Below are positions 39,740 through 51,153 of a stretch of 64,000 nucleotides of DNA, one piece after another. Every line of letters begins with the position of its first letter. Within the stretch, counting starts at the first letter, position 1. Where the stretch lies: positions 131,378,001 through 131,442,000 of the forward strand of contig OX597818.1 in the NCBI GenBank assembly GCA_951406725.2. The letters are read 5' to 3'. The position numbers and the translations under genes were made by a program. This DNA is from Octopus vulgaris (lineage: Eukaryota). A model generated the notes under the pieces. That model was given only the letters and a program-made list of their open reading frames with translations. It did not search any database and had not been told where the DNA came from.

Positions 39740-40240
39740 CAAACTCAAACTTGGATTCTACAGGTCATTTCAAAAATCCATAAGAAGATATATGCACATA
39801 ACTGGCTGTCTGGAGAGAAGCTTGCTTACCAACCACAGGGTTCTGGGTTCATTCCCACTGTGTGGCACCTTGGGCAAGTGTCATCTACAATACAAACTCA
39901 AACTTGGATTCTACAGGTCATTTCAAAATCCATATGAAGTTATATGCACATAACTGGCTGTCTGGAGAGAAGCTTGCTTACCAACCACAGGGTTCTGGGT
40001 TCATTCCCACTGTGTGGCACCTTGGGCCAGTGTCATCTACAATAACCTTGGGCCGGCCAAAGTATTGACGGTGGATTTAGTAGACAGAAACTGAAAGAAA
40101 CCCATTGTGTGCGTCTGTGTTTATTCCCCCATCACCACTTGACAACTGGTGTTAGTGTGTTTACGTCCCTACAAAAGAGACCAATAGAATGAGTACCAGG
40201 CTTTAAAAATAAGTACTTGGGTCAATTCATTCAACTAGAT
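39740..40240 (+). mobile_element. SINE family B with a 153-bp tandem duplication of flank plus head
   Basis: 39740-39892 is repeated at 39893-40044. Confidence 0.8.
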
Positions 40241-40484
40241 ATAAAATGGTAAACAACTGAGGTCAGTTGTGTTACTTAATATACGTCTTGTTGCCTTCCA
40301 TCACACTATCCTTCCTCACCACAACTTTCCCCTACCTCCCAACTGCATTCCTTAATCACCAGCCTTCACCTCCCACTAACTGTCTACCAAAGCTTAAGGA
40401 TTCTGGGATAGCTGGTCTATTCCCCTGCCATTTATGGTGCCAGTAATCTGGACTACCTCAACATTATCAATATATATGTATGCC

Positions 40485-40900
40485 AAGGTGGTGAGGAAGC
40501 AGAATTGTAAGCATACCGGGTGAAATGCTTAGTGGTATTTTATCTGCGTTCAAATTCCGAGTTCAAATTCTGAGTTCAAATTCCGCCGAGGTCGACTTTG
40601 CCTTTCATCCTTTTGGGGGGGTCGATTAAATAAGTACCAGTTATGCACTGGGGTCGATATAATCGACTTCATCCATTTGTCTGTCCTTGTTTGTCCTCTC
40701 TGTGTTTAGCCCCCTGTGGTTAGTAAAGAAATAGGTATTTTGTCTGTCTTTATGTTCTGAATTCAAATTCTGCCAAGGTCAACTTTGCCACTCATCCTTT
40801 CGGGGTCAATAAATTAGGTACCAGTTGTGTACTGGGTTCGATCTAATCAACTAGCCTGCTCCCCCAAAATTTCAGGCCTTGTGCCTAGAGTGGAAAAGAA
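40485..40900 (+). mobile_element. SINE family C tandem dimer with two alternative 3' ends
   Basis: First unit ends ...GTAAAGAAATAGGTAT; second ends ...GGCCTTGTGCCTAGAGTGGAAAAGA. The same two ends occur at 17990 and 17668. Confidence 0.8.
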
Positions 40901-41257
40901 TATTCATGCATGTATGCCTAGACAACTGGTTTTGCACACATAAACCATTTAACCATACAGGCAACTCATCAAACTCATTAACCAGAAGTACATAACCTCT
41001 ATACAACTGGAGTGAGGAAGAGGTCATGGTCAGTTAATTTTGTAAAAAAACATCTCCAGAACGAAATTCCACTGGTTAGAAAAGCGCAATCTGTTTACAA
41101 AATTTGGCTAACAAATTTGATAAGTTGCTTGTACAGTTAAGTATTTTATAGGAACAAAATCAGTCGCCACTCTGTGACTGGCCATAACTAACAACCTTAT
41201 TAGTATTATATCTCTAATGTTTTAGAGTGTGCTTCTTTTCAGATATATGAACTTGTA

Positions 41258-41510
41258 AAGGGTAAAGAACCCCTTCAGTCACGAATGACCATAGGATTGC
41301 ACCTACAAAGTTCACCTCTGAGGCACAAGTCTAGGCAAGCAGTCGCCCATGCATACCAGCCTCTCCTCTCCACACCACCAATGTTATCAAAGAGGAAGGC
41401 AAAGGCTGATACAACTTGGCACCAGTGACATCGCAACTCATTTCTACTGATGAGTGAACTGGAGCAACAAGAAATAAAGTGTCTTCCTCAAGAACACAAC
41501 ACACAGTCCA
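41258..41510 (-). mobile_element. SINE family D
   Basis: Reverse complement of 46560-46810. Confidence 0.75.
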
Positions 41511-41599
41511 GAAGAGGTCACAGATATGAGAAAAGATTTCCAGACAATGGACATGACTTAGAATAATAAAATAAGAACAGTAATAAACAAGTAATAAAC

Positions 41600-42028
41600 A
41601 GGCATAGGAGTGGCTGTGTAGTAAGTAGGTGTAGGAGTGGCTGTGTGGTAAGTAGCTTGGTTACCAACCACATGGTTCCGGGTTCAGTCCCACAGCATTG
41701 CAACTTGGACAAGTGTCTTCTACCAAAGCCTTGTGAGTGGATTTAGTAGATGGAAACTGAAAGAAGTCTGTCATATATATGTGTATGTATGTGTGTGTGT
41801 GTGTGTGTGTGTGTATGTTTGTGTGTCTGTGTTTGTCCCCCCAACATCGCTTGACAACCAATGCTGGTGTGTTTACATCCCCGTAACTTAGTGGTTCAGC
41901 AAAAGAGACCAATAGAATAAGTACTAGGCTTACAAAGCATAAGTCCTGGGGTCGATTTGCTCAACTAAGAGCAGTGCTCCAGCATGGCCACAGTCAAATG
42001 ACTGAAATAAGTAAAAGAGTAAAAGAGA
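41600..42028 (+). mobile_element. SINE family B with a duplicated 27-bp head
   Basis: AGG(C/T)(A/G)TAGGAGTGGCTGTGT.GTAAGT occurs twice. Confidence 0.88.
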
Positions 42029-42161
42029 AGGTGAAGAAAAAATATACAGTGCGTGTGTTTATTTGGCAAAAAAAATGACCCTCCCAAAATACAACAATAT
42101 CTATTTCAACACGATTTCACATCAGGAATCTTGCAAAATGAATTGATAAATACATACATAC

Positions 42162-42216
<55 letters not shown>

Positions 42217-42217
42217 A

Positions 42218-42727
42218 AAGTAAATAAATAGTACAACAAGGCACCAATATTTACTGGAAAATAGCAATCGATATAAATACGTCGCTATTGTATAGCTTCA
42301 CTGCGTATATACTAGCAAAGACGCGTGTGTGCAACAAATATGAAAAAATTTTGTCTTACCTCAAGGAAAAATGGAAAACCTAGAATAGGATCATGCAGGA
42401 CCGGTTTCAGACTCTTCAAATACGTTTGACAACGTAGATTTGATTTGTCTTCATCAGCTGCATATACCTAGACAATATTTCAAATGTTGCCACATCTATG
42501 CCAGTACACTCGTCTGAATGCCAAAACATTAACAGAACGAGAACAGTGAAGAAGTTTCAATGAAAATAATAATGCGATACGAAAGTATTGCTTTCCAGTA
42601 AAAGATAGCCCGTAAGGGTAAAATTAAACATATATAAGTAAATAAATGGTACAACAAGGCACCGATATTTACTGGAAAATAGCAATCGTAATAAATACGA
42701 CGCTATTGTATAGCTTCACTGCGTATA
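42218..42727 (-). mobile_element. Retrozyme-like / PLE pseudo-LTR unit: 418-bp period, 92-bp terminal direct repeat, intact HHR
   Basis: Direct repeats 42218-42309 and 42636-42727; adjacent (TA)n; HHR at 42392-42464. Confidence 0.75.
42392..42464 (-). ncRNA. Type I hammerhead ribozyme with canonical core
   Basis: TATGCAG-CTGATGA-AGAC[long hairpin]GTCT-GAAA-CCGG-TC-CTGCATG. GUC site, palindromic ACCGGT stem III, predicted cut between 42399 and 42398. Confidence 0.85.
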
Positions 42728-43314
42728 ACAGAAGTAACAGAGTGACACAAGGTCCAAAAGTCCAAGGGCTTACTGCATTGGCACTTATGAAATTCTCACA
42801 GCTTGTATCACTTTGTTACTTTTACTAAATATTAATTAAAATATACAGATACTCATATACTGAGTTTTATTTTACCTGTTTGCATCAACATACCTGTATG
42901 TGTATGTGTTGGGGGATCCCATACAGTTTCTGTTTATCAAATTCACTTACTAGGCATTGGTTGACTAAGAGTTATAGTAGAAGATACTTGCTCAAGGTGT
43001 CACTGCTTCTCTTGTTACTTCATAGTTGAATCATTAACAGTAAGAGTGGGCATCCTGATATAAATACTGTTGCTTCTCCAAACAAACTACTGTAAACACA
43101 GGCTTAAGTCAGCAAAGAAAAATATATTTTACTAATTTGAAGTATCAATTTGTCCCATTATAAAGAAAGGGAAAGATAGCCAAGGACACACCTGGTAAAC
43201 CAAATCGTAATTGAGGTAGCATGGCTAGAAATTTTAAGTAATTAGAATTACATCCTTTGTGAGGAGAAATAATAATTCTGGTTGATAAAGACAAGGGGGA
43301 CAACTCTGAAATTT

Positions 43315-43905
43315 CATCTAAATAAAATTAATCAAAACGAGAATCTCACTCCCACACTACATTTTCTACATGGTATTTTGAATTAATTTTTGTTAATAAT
43401 AGAATTTCACTAATCCCCCATGACATTGTCTACATTCTATTGTTAATTAATTTTTCTTAATTAAAAATAGATTTTTAACTCCCATGCTACATCATTCACA
43501 TTCTATTTCAGATTAATTCTTGTTTAATAAAATAGAATCTCCCTCACCCCACTGTAATTTCTACATTCTATTTTTAATTAATAATGTTAATTAAAATTAG
43601 AATCTTACTCATCCACTGCATTCCCATAATCTATTTTTATTAATTTTCATTAATTAAATATAGAATCTCACTCTCTCACTCTATTCTTCATATTCTATTT
43701 TTTATTAATTTTTAATTAATTAAAAAAAAGGATCTCATTTCTCCACTACATTCTTCACATACTATACTAATTCATTTATGTTAATTAAAAAATCACCCAT
43801 TGCATAGTCTACATTCTATTTTTAATTACTTTTTTTCTTAATTAAAAACAGAATCACACTACCCCACATTGCCCAAAATATATATTTTTAATTAATTGTT
43901 ATGAA
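43315..43905. repeat. Minisatellite, ~60-bp unit, about 9-10 copies
   Basis: TAGAATCTCACTC..CACTACATT..CATTCTATTTT.ATTAATT recurs about every 60 bp. Confidence 0.85.
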
Positions 43906-44348
43906 TTGAAATTTTGGCGGTTATCCCCTCTCGCTTTTCTTGACAAGAAGAAATAATTAAACTAACAATTTACTTTCTTCTCAACATGGGTGAAGTTTTA
44001 ATTAATTTAAATTTACAGACTAAATTTAGTATGTTAGCACCATATTGATTAAATAGTATCTGGCCCCACGCACTACATAAAATAATTTTAGCACACTGTG
44101 AAAGTATAATAATTTATACATAAGGGAGTTTTAAAAAATGGTAGGAGTTATGATTTTATTGTTAAATAAATGAAAAGATTTAACCAAATCTAACTGAAAA
44201 ACAAGCCAAATGAAATGAACTAAAATTTATTTAAAATTAGATATAGCTTTTGAAATTCCTCTTTCATATACACTGGTCAAAAGTTTACATAGTCATGCAT
44301 AAAAACACAGACACACGCACACATAAATATATGTATATATATATATAC

Positions 44349-44721
44349 CAGCCACATGGTTCCGGGTTCAGTCCCACTGCGTGGCATCTTGGGCAAGTGT
44401 CTTCTGCTATAGCCCCAGGCCGACCAATGCCTTGTGAATGGATTTGGTAGATGGAAACTGAAAGAAGCCCGTCGTATATATGTATATATATATATGTATG
44501 TGTGTTTGTGTGTCTGTGTTTGTCCCCCTAGCATTGCTTGACAACCGATGCTGGTGTATTTACGTCTCCGTCACTTAGCGGTTCGGCAAAAGAGACAGAT
44601 AGAATAAGCACTGGGCTTACAAAGAATAAGTCTCGGGGTCGATTTGCTCGACTAAAGGCGGTGCTCCAGCATGGCCGCAGTCAAATGACTGAAACAAGTA
44701 AAAGAGTAAAAAGAGTAAAGA

Positions 44722-44722
<1 letters not shown>
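44349..44722 (+). mobile_element. SINE family B, young, head truncated
   Basis: Colinear with 12944-13369. Confidence 0.9.
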
Positions 44723-44757
<35 letters not shown>

Positions 44758-44759
44758 AA

Positions 44760-44903
44760 ATTGATAAAAATGGTAAGAATGAAAGATATTATGTAGATAG
44801 AGGAATTTATCTGTAAATGTAATATGTGACAATTATTCAGTAGCCAAGATAAATCTCCAAGTTTCGGATGCCGAGGTGGAAATCCGCACCGCCATCTCGT
44901 CAC
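44760..44903 (-). mobile_element. HHR-bearing pseudo-LTR fragment (same family as 47072-47309)
   Basis: Minus strand GACGA-GATG...CATC-C-GAAA-CTTGGAG; truncated within the HHR core. Confidence 0.65.
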
Positions 44904-45258
44904 TATATGACGGGTTTCTTTCAGTTTCCATCTACCAAATCTCCTCACAAGGCTTTGGTCAGCCCAAGGCTATAGGAGAAGACATTTGCCCAACGTGCCA
45001 TATATATTGGGTCATCCCATAAGTAATGAGGTTTTTTTTCAATTGCATGAACTAAAAGTCAGTGAGAGACGGGATAAAGGTTGGTGTTTAAATGAACTCC
45101 CTGGTCAGTCATCTAGCTAAGTAAAATTCTGGGATTTTGCACTACTTTAATGCCCTACAAGTCACTACATATATATATATATATACACAAGGGCGGTGCC
45201 CCAGCATGGCCTCAGCCGGATGGCTGAAACAAGTAAAAGAGTAAAAGAGTAAAAGAGT

Positions 45259-45658
45259 ATATATAAATTAGAAAAAAAAACACCTTTAATCAATTCAATA
45301 ATGAAAAATTAAATTAAACATTTAGAAAAATTACATATTATAGAAAGATTAAGTATAAGATAAAACATATAACAATGATTAAGTAATGTGCAAAATAGTA
45401 AATAAAACGTATATATTTGGCTTACTTATTATTTTGCACATTACTTAATCATTGTTATATGTCTTATCTCATACTTAATCTTTCTATAATATGTAATTTT
45501 TCTAAATGTTTAATTTAATTTTTCACTATTGAATTGATAAAAGGTGGGGTTTTTTCTAATTTATATATATATATATATATATATATTACATTTTGTGAAA
45601 TCTGATTTCGTATTTCTAAATTGAATTTTTCCATGTAAGTTTGGAATAAAATTCCCTC

Positions 45659-45665
<7 letters not shown>
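45259..45665. mobile_element. Fold-back palindrome (~137-bp arms) plus tail, in (TA)n
   Basis: Arms 45259-45395 / 45431-45567. The tail 45598-45665 resembles 17285-17335 and 21840-21890. Confidence 0.75.
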
Positions 45666-45699
<34 letters not shown>

Positions 45700-45703
<4 letters not shown>

Positions 45704-45905
45704 TCCAAACAAGAAAACACAGAAAAAAATACAGCAACGCGAGGACGTGGAACAATTAAAGTATTATTTGATGCTCAGGAAAGAAGGGAAGGAGGGTTTA
45801 ACGTTTCGAGCGGAGCTCTTCGTCGGAAACAAGGAGAAGGAAAGATCCCAAGAAGGGAAGACAGAGGAGAAAAATATTTTTGCTGGTGGTGCTCAAGAGA
45901 TCACA
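45700..45905 (-). mobile_element. ~200-bp HHR mini-element
   Basis: Minus strand 45796-45830 GTTT-CCGACGA-AGAGC-TCC-GCTC-GAAA-CG-TT-AAAC. Confidence 0.8.
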
Positions 45906-46029
45906 TATATATATATATATATGTATATGTGTGTGCGTGTGTATATATGTATGTATGTATGTATGTATGTGTGTGTGTGTGTGTGTGTATACGAAATAAT
46001 AAGACAAAGACAATTTTTTAACACATCTT

Positions 46030-46162
46030 GACTGATTCGTTACAACCGTTTCTGTACCAACTCTACTTGAAATGCTAGTTTAGGCAAAAATGTGAAGTGA
46101 AAATTTGCATAATGTTTGCAGTTTTAGACATTAGAGAGGCACTTCATCAGACTTGTATCAAA
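46030..46162 (-). ncRNA. Possible hammerhead with a very long stem II
   Basis: CTGATGA-A-GTGCC...(~85 nt)...GGTAC-A-GAAAC-GGTT-GTA. Stem I is weak. Confidence 0.4.
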
Positions 46163-46488
46163 GGCTTGTAGTCACATTGCGCATCTTCCAGGCCTTGTTT
46201 TTTTTTTGGCTTATATCAGGAGGAAATGGAAAATAGATAAAAGTGTAGTTTTGGGATGAGTAAGTAGGGTAGAAATTATGTGGTGGGGGAGGAACCAACA
46301 GGAAGAAGAAAGAGGAGAAGAAGAAGAAGTAGAAGAAGAAGAAAAAGCTAAACAACAGATAAATTAGGTAGGGGCCATATGTAGCAAATTGGTTTACCTG
46401 GACATAGGCCAGTGATCAGTCAGTACCACTATTCTACTGTTATCAAAATTCATTTGATGGATAATAATTTATGTGTGTGTGTGTGCAC

Positions 46489-46825
46489 GTGAAGGCACAT
46501 GGCTCTGTGGTTAGACTGTTGGGTTTCTAATCATGAGGTTGTGAGTTAAATTCCAGGACCGAGTTGTGCGTTGTGTTCTTGAGCAAGATATTCTATTTCA
46601 GATTGCTCCAGTTCACTCAGTAGAAATGAGTTGCGATGTCACTAGTGCCAAGCTGTATTGGCCCCTTGCCTTTCCCTTGGGGAACATTGGTGGTATGGAG
46701 AAGGGAAGCTGGTGTGCATGGGCAACTGCAGAAACAACCTTACCCAGACTTGTAACTCGGACGGGAACTTTCTAGGTGCAACCCTATGGTCATTCATGAC
46801 TGAAGGGGGGTGGTCACCACCTCCT
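46489..46825 (+). mobile_element. SINE family D (tRNA head plus CORE-like domain)
   Basis: GTGAAGGCACATGGCTCTGTGG / GAGTTAAATTCC boxes; TGTTCTTGAGCAAG. Confidence 0.78.
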
Positions 46826-46847
46826 CTTATATATATATATATATATT

Positions 46848-47051
46848 GTGACCTCGTGTGTACCATTGGCGATTTTTTTTCCTCTGTCTTCCCTTCTCGG
46901 GATCTTTCCTTCTCCTATGTTTCCGATGAAGAGCTCCGCTCGAAACGTTAAACCCTCCTTCTTCCCTTCTTTCCTGAGCATCCAATAATACTATATTTGT
47001 TCCACGTCCTCGCGTTGTTGTGTTTTTTTGTGTTTTCTTGTTTGGATTAAC
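46848..47051 (+). mobile_element. ~200-bp HHR mini-element in (TA)n
   Basis: 46919-46953 GTTT-CCGATGA-AGAGC-TCC-GCTC-GAAA-CG-TT-AAAC; (TA)n on both sides. Confidence 0.82.
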
Positions 47052-47071
47052 TATATATATATATATATATA

Positions 47072-47309
47072 TTGGTAAAAACGGTAAGATAACAAAAAGA
47101 AAGAAAGAGACCTCAATATTATGTAAATAGAGGAAATTTATCTATAAAATAATATGTTACAATTACTCAATAGTCAAGATAAAACTCTGAGTTTCAGATG
47201 CCGAAGATGGCCAGATAACCGAAGAGATGGTGTTGTGGATTTCCACTTCGGCATCTGAAACTCAGAGTTTTATCTTGACTATTGAGTAATTGTAACATAT
47301 TATTTTATA
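47072..47309. mobile_element. Fold-back palindrome with a complete HHR spanning the loop and right arm
   Basis: 64-bp perfect arms 47143-47206 / 47246-47309. HHR 47213-47275: AGATAA-CCGAAGA-GATG..CATC-T-GAAA-CTC-A-GAG-TT-TTATCT. Confidence 0.8.
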
Positions 47310-48643
47310 TATATATATATATGTATCTGGCATCAAGTGCATAGGTGTGTGGTGTTGTGGTGTGAGATTTTCATGTGGGGCAGAAGATGAATAATGAATA
47401 GCTGTATTCTTCCATGTGCGACAAACAATAACCACTGGATTGGAAACAATGTAACCTTCTGTTTTGAGTCCAGGTTTTTAGTCCGTTTATACAACCATTG
47501 ACATTTCATAACCAAATATGAGCACACACATATGCAGACACACACATTCACACACATACCCATATAAATACTCATACACATTCGTGTAATTATTTTTTTT
47601 ACATCGTTTGTAGCTCTTTAAATAATGTTTGGTGCTGTTTTGTTTTGTTCTCTTTGTCGGGGATTTTTCGTAGCTGCCCTTAAATACTTTCTGCCTCTTT
47701 GTTTGACAGGATGCTGTCTATTTGAACAATTCTGATTCAGTTTGAAATATTATCACATATTTCATTATATTTTATATATCGATTTTTCTTTATTTCATTT
47801 ATTTTTTTTTTTTCACTGTGGAGAACAAACATGAGTTTCATACCAATACCAACAACAGCAAAAGAAACACCACCATCCCTGCAACTGCCAACACATCTGA
47901 CATCACTACTACTACTACTTTTACTAATGTGGTAGCTGCTGCTGGTGCTGCTACTACTACTACTACTGCTACTAACACAAGTTACTATCTTGTGTATTTT
48001 CATCATCTCTGTTACTAATTCCAAACAGCAATTCATTTCAGCACCAAAACCATCAATGCAACTACTACCACCACCACCACCACAACCACTACCACCACCA
48101 ACACCAACACCACAACCACCACCACCAATATAATACCAGTCATGAACCATCAGACTCCAACCACAAACCAGCCATCATCAAGTTGTTGTACAACTAGTAA
48201 CATGTATGGCCTCTGACAGGCTCAACTATTATGGCGTTGCCTGATAACATGTCTCCCACCCCACCAAAGCACCAGCACCACCATTGACTCCACCGCAACC
48301 TCCACCACCACCACCACCACCACCACCACCACCACCACCACTACCACCATTACCAGCATCATTCACAAAACTAATAGATCAAGCACATTTGATGCTTCCA
48401 AACTATAGTCATTGCTTCATCACAATCTTTTGTATTTTTCTACTTAAACGTGTAAAGTTTGATGTTCTTTGAATAGTTGCAATTGATATGAATTAAGTCT
48501 TTTCAGTCCCCATGCGAGCTGTTTATGAATGCATTTGTGTGTACAAGTGTGTGACTTTGAGTATATATATATATATGAAAAGAATAATATATACATATAT
48601 ATATATAGACATTTATATATTTCTCCCCTTTTCATGTATACAT

Positions 48644-48703
<60 letters not shown>

Positions 48704-48714
48704 CATATATATAT

Positions 48715-48925
48715 GATGGATGAATGGATAGATATACACATGTTTATTTCACCTATGTATACATAAACACATACATACATGTATGTATACATGTGGATGA
48801 GCATGTATATATATATATATATATACATGATGGATGGATGGATGGATGGTTAGATATACGCATGTTTATTTCACCTATGTATACATAAACACACACATAC
48901 ATGTATGTATATATATATATATATA
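48715..48925. repeat. Local tandem duplication (~130-bp period) embedded in TA tracts
   Basis: TAGATATAC(A/G)CATGTTTATTTCACCTATGTATACATAAACAC occurs twice. Confidence 0.8.
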
Positions 48926-49590
48926 CAAGAGTTAGACTAAATAATGGAAACACCTTAAAATTTCAAACAAATTTATTTCAATATGGAGCAGGACTGCCTT
49001 TGGCAGTAATTACAGCTTGAATTCTATGAGGTATGGACTTGTACAAAGTTTCAATTGTTTCCAAAGGAATTTTTGTCCATTCTTCAGCTAAAAGAGTCTC
49101 CGGTTCTTGTAGTGATGATAGTGGAGGATATTGACTCCTTACTTGTCTTCCTAAAATGCACAATAAATGCTCAATAATATTGAGATCTGGGGACTGTAGT
49201 AGCCAGTAAAGATGTTCAGCTTCACTAGAATGTTCCTTGTGCCATTCAGTAATGACTTTAGCTGAATGAATTGGTGCATTATCATCCTGAAAGATTGCGT
49301 TTCCCTCAGAAAACAGTTCCACAACCACAGGATGAATTTGACCAGATGAAATGCTTAAATAGTCTTGACTATTAATTCTGCCATGAAGGGAAACTATTGG
49401 GCCACCCCCCAGATCATCACAGATTCTCCTCAATGTTTAACATTTGGAAGAAGGCAGTCTGGGTTAAATGCTTCTTTTGGCTGTCTCCACATGTATACTC
49501 AGCCAGTGGTTGGAAATAAGGTAAAGGATGACTCATCCAAGAAAATAACATTCTTCCACTGCTCTATTTACCTTTTAATGTAATCACTGC
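48925..49590 (-). mobile_element. Tc1-type transposon remnant, DD36E spacing
   Basis: WKNVIFLDESSF, then IFQDDNAPIH...QSPDLNIIE (36 residues between D and E), then RIQAVITAKG..PY*. TIR-like CAAGAGTTAGACTAAATAATGGAAACACC after TA. Confidence 0.88.
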
Positions 49591-50725
49591 CTTTAATTAT
49601 ATTACACTACATAATAAGTATTCAATTAACTTTAACTATTTTTGCAACAAGACTGGAGTCATCATACTTATGCCTTTAAATTATTTATATATTTACATGT
49701 TATTGCTAGCATCATCGTTATCTTAACATCTACCTTTCTATTCTTGTATAAGTCAGATGAAATTCTTTGAGACAGATTTTCTATGCCTGTATGTCCTTTC
49801 TACCACCAACTCTCACCTCTTTGCATGCAAAGTAACATTTTCCGCATGGCTAGACACCTTATACATAAAATAAAGGAAATGAATGACATCACTTATATGA
49901 TGGCAATACTCATATACAGCCACCATCACACACACACACACACATACATACATATAAATAAATGACTTGATTAAATTAAATTTAATTTAATTAGGCTGGT
50001 TTGCCATAAAGAACGTCGAAACAATGCATTGTCTAAAGATAAATAGGGTAAATGTTTTTTTAATTTTCCTTTAATTTCTGAATTACTACTATTTAGCAGT
50101 TTGAGTCTTGGCTGCTCTTTCTAGTGGGTCGAATGGCCTATCGGGGCCGTTCTTCAATGTTGTTGAAATTATATACATAGTCTGTGACTATTTTCTCTTT
50201 CTCACTAGACCGCTGGTGGCAAAAAATTTCTATTGAATTTTTTACTACCCTTATATTGATTAATAAATACATATAAATAAACATACAAATAAACAAACAA
50301 ACAAATCTTGAGAAATTAGGCTTCTCAAAACCAGAAAGGAGAACACTGATTTGAAGACTACAGATCCAAGCCATCACTAGAACTGCAAAAATCTGTGAAA
50401 CTTTCCAGAAGTCAATCACTTAAGTACATATGCATGTGTCTCAAGGTGCAACTATATGCATGAGAATACAAACATAAAACAAAACATACAAATTTGCACA
50501 GGCACTGACTCCAAATACTGCACATATACATACATGCAAAAATACTCTGTTGATATTGTTGAAATTCCTATACAGGAGCTTTGGATCTAGGTTAGAAACC
50601 AGCTCTTTCTCTGTTTGCAAGAAATCTTTGAAATAAAACTGAATAATGATATGAATACATATGCTGGGCTTCTTTCAGTTTCCGTTTCCCGAATACTCTC
50701 CGAAGGCTTCTCTCAGCTAGGGATT

Positions 50726-50927
50726 CTCTTTACTCTTTTTAATCTTTTACTTGTTTCAGTCATTTGACTGTGGCCATGGTGGAGCAAATCGACCCCAGAG
50801 CTTATTCTTTGAAAGCCTAATACTTATTCTATCGGTCTCTTTTGCCAAACCACTAAGTTACAGGGATGTAAACACACCAGCATTGGTTGACAAGCAATGC
50901 TGGGGGGACAAACAGATACACAAACAT

Positions 50928-50986
<59 letters not shown>

Positions 50987-51153
50987 TATACGACGGGCTT
51001 CTTCCGGTTTCCGACTCCGTATCCACTCACAAGGCTTTGTTCGACCCGAGACTCTAGTAGAAGACACTTACCAAAGATGCCACACAGTGGGACTGAACCC
51101 AGGACCATGTGGTTGGTAAGCAAGCTACTTACCACACAGCCATTCCTGCACCT
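50726..51153 (-). mobile_element. SINE family B
   Basis: Colinear with the consensus. Confidence 0.85.

Noticed and set aside
41445-41480. CTGATGA...GAAA match
   Set aside because: Inside SINE D with no stem I or II pairing; likewise the CTGATGA at 13445, 32852 and 39453.
47850-48370. Poly-Pro/poly-Thr ORFs resembling formin or mucin segments
   Set aside because: (ACC)n/(ACT)n repeats with stops between blocks and no consistent frame.
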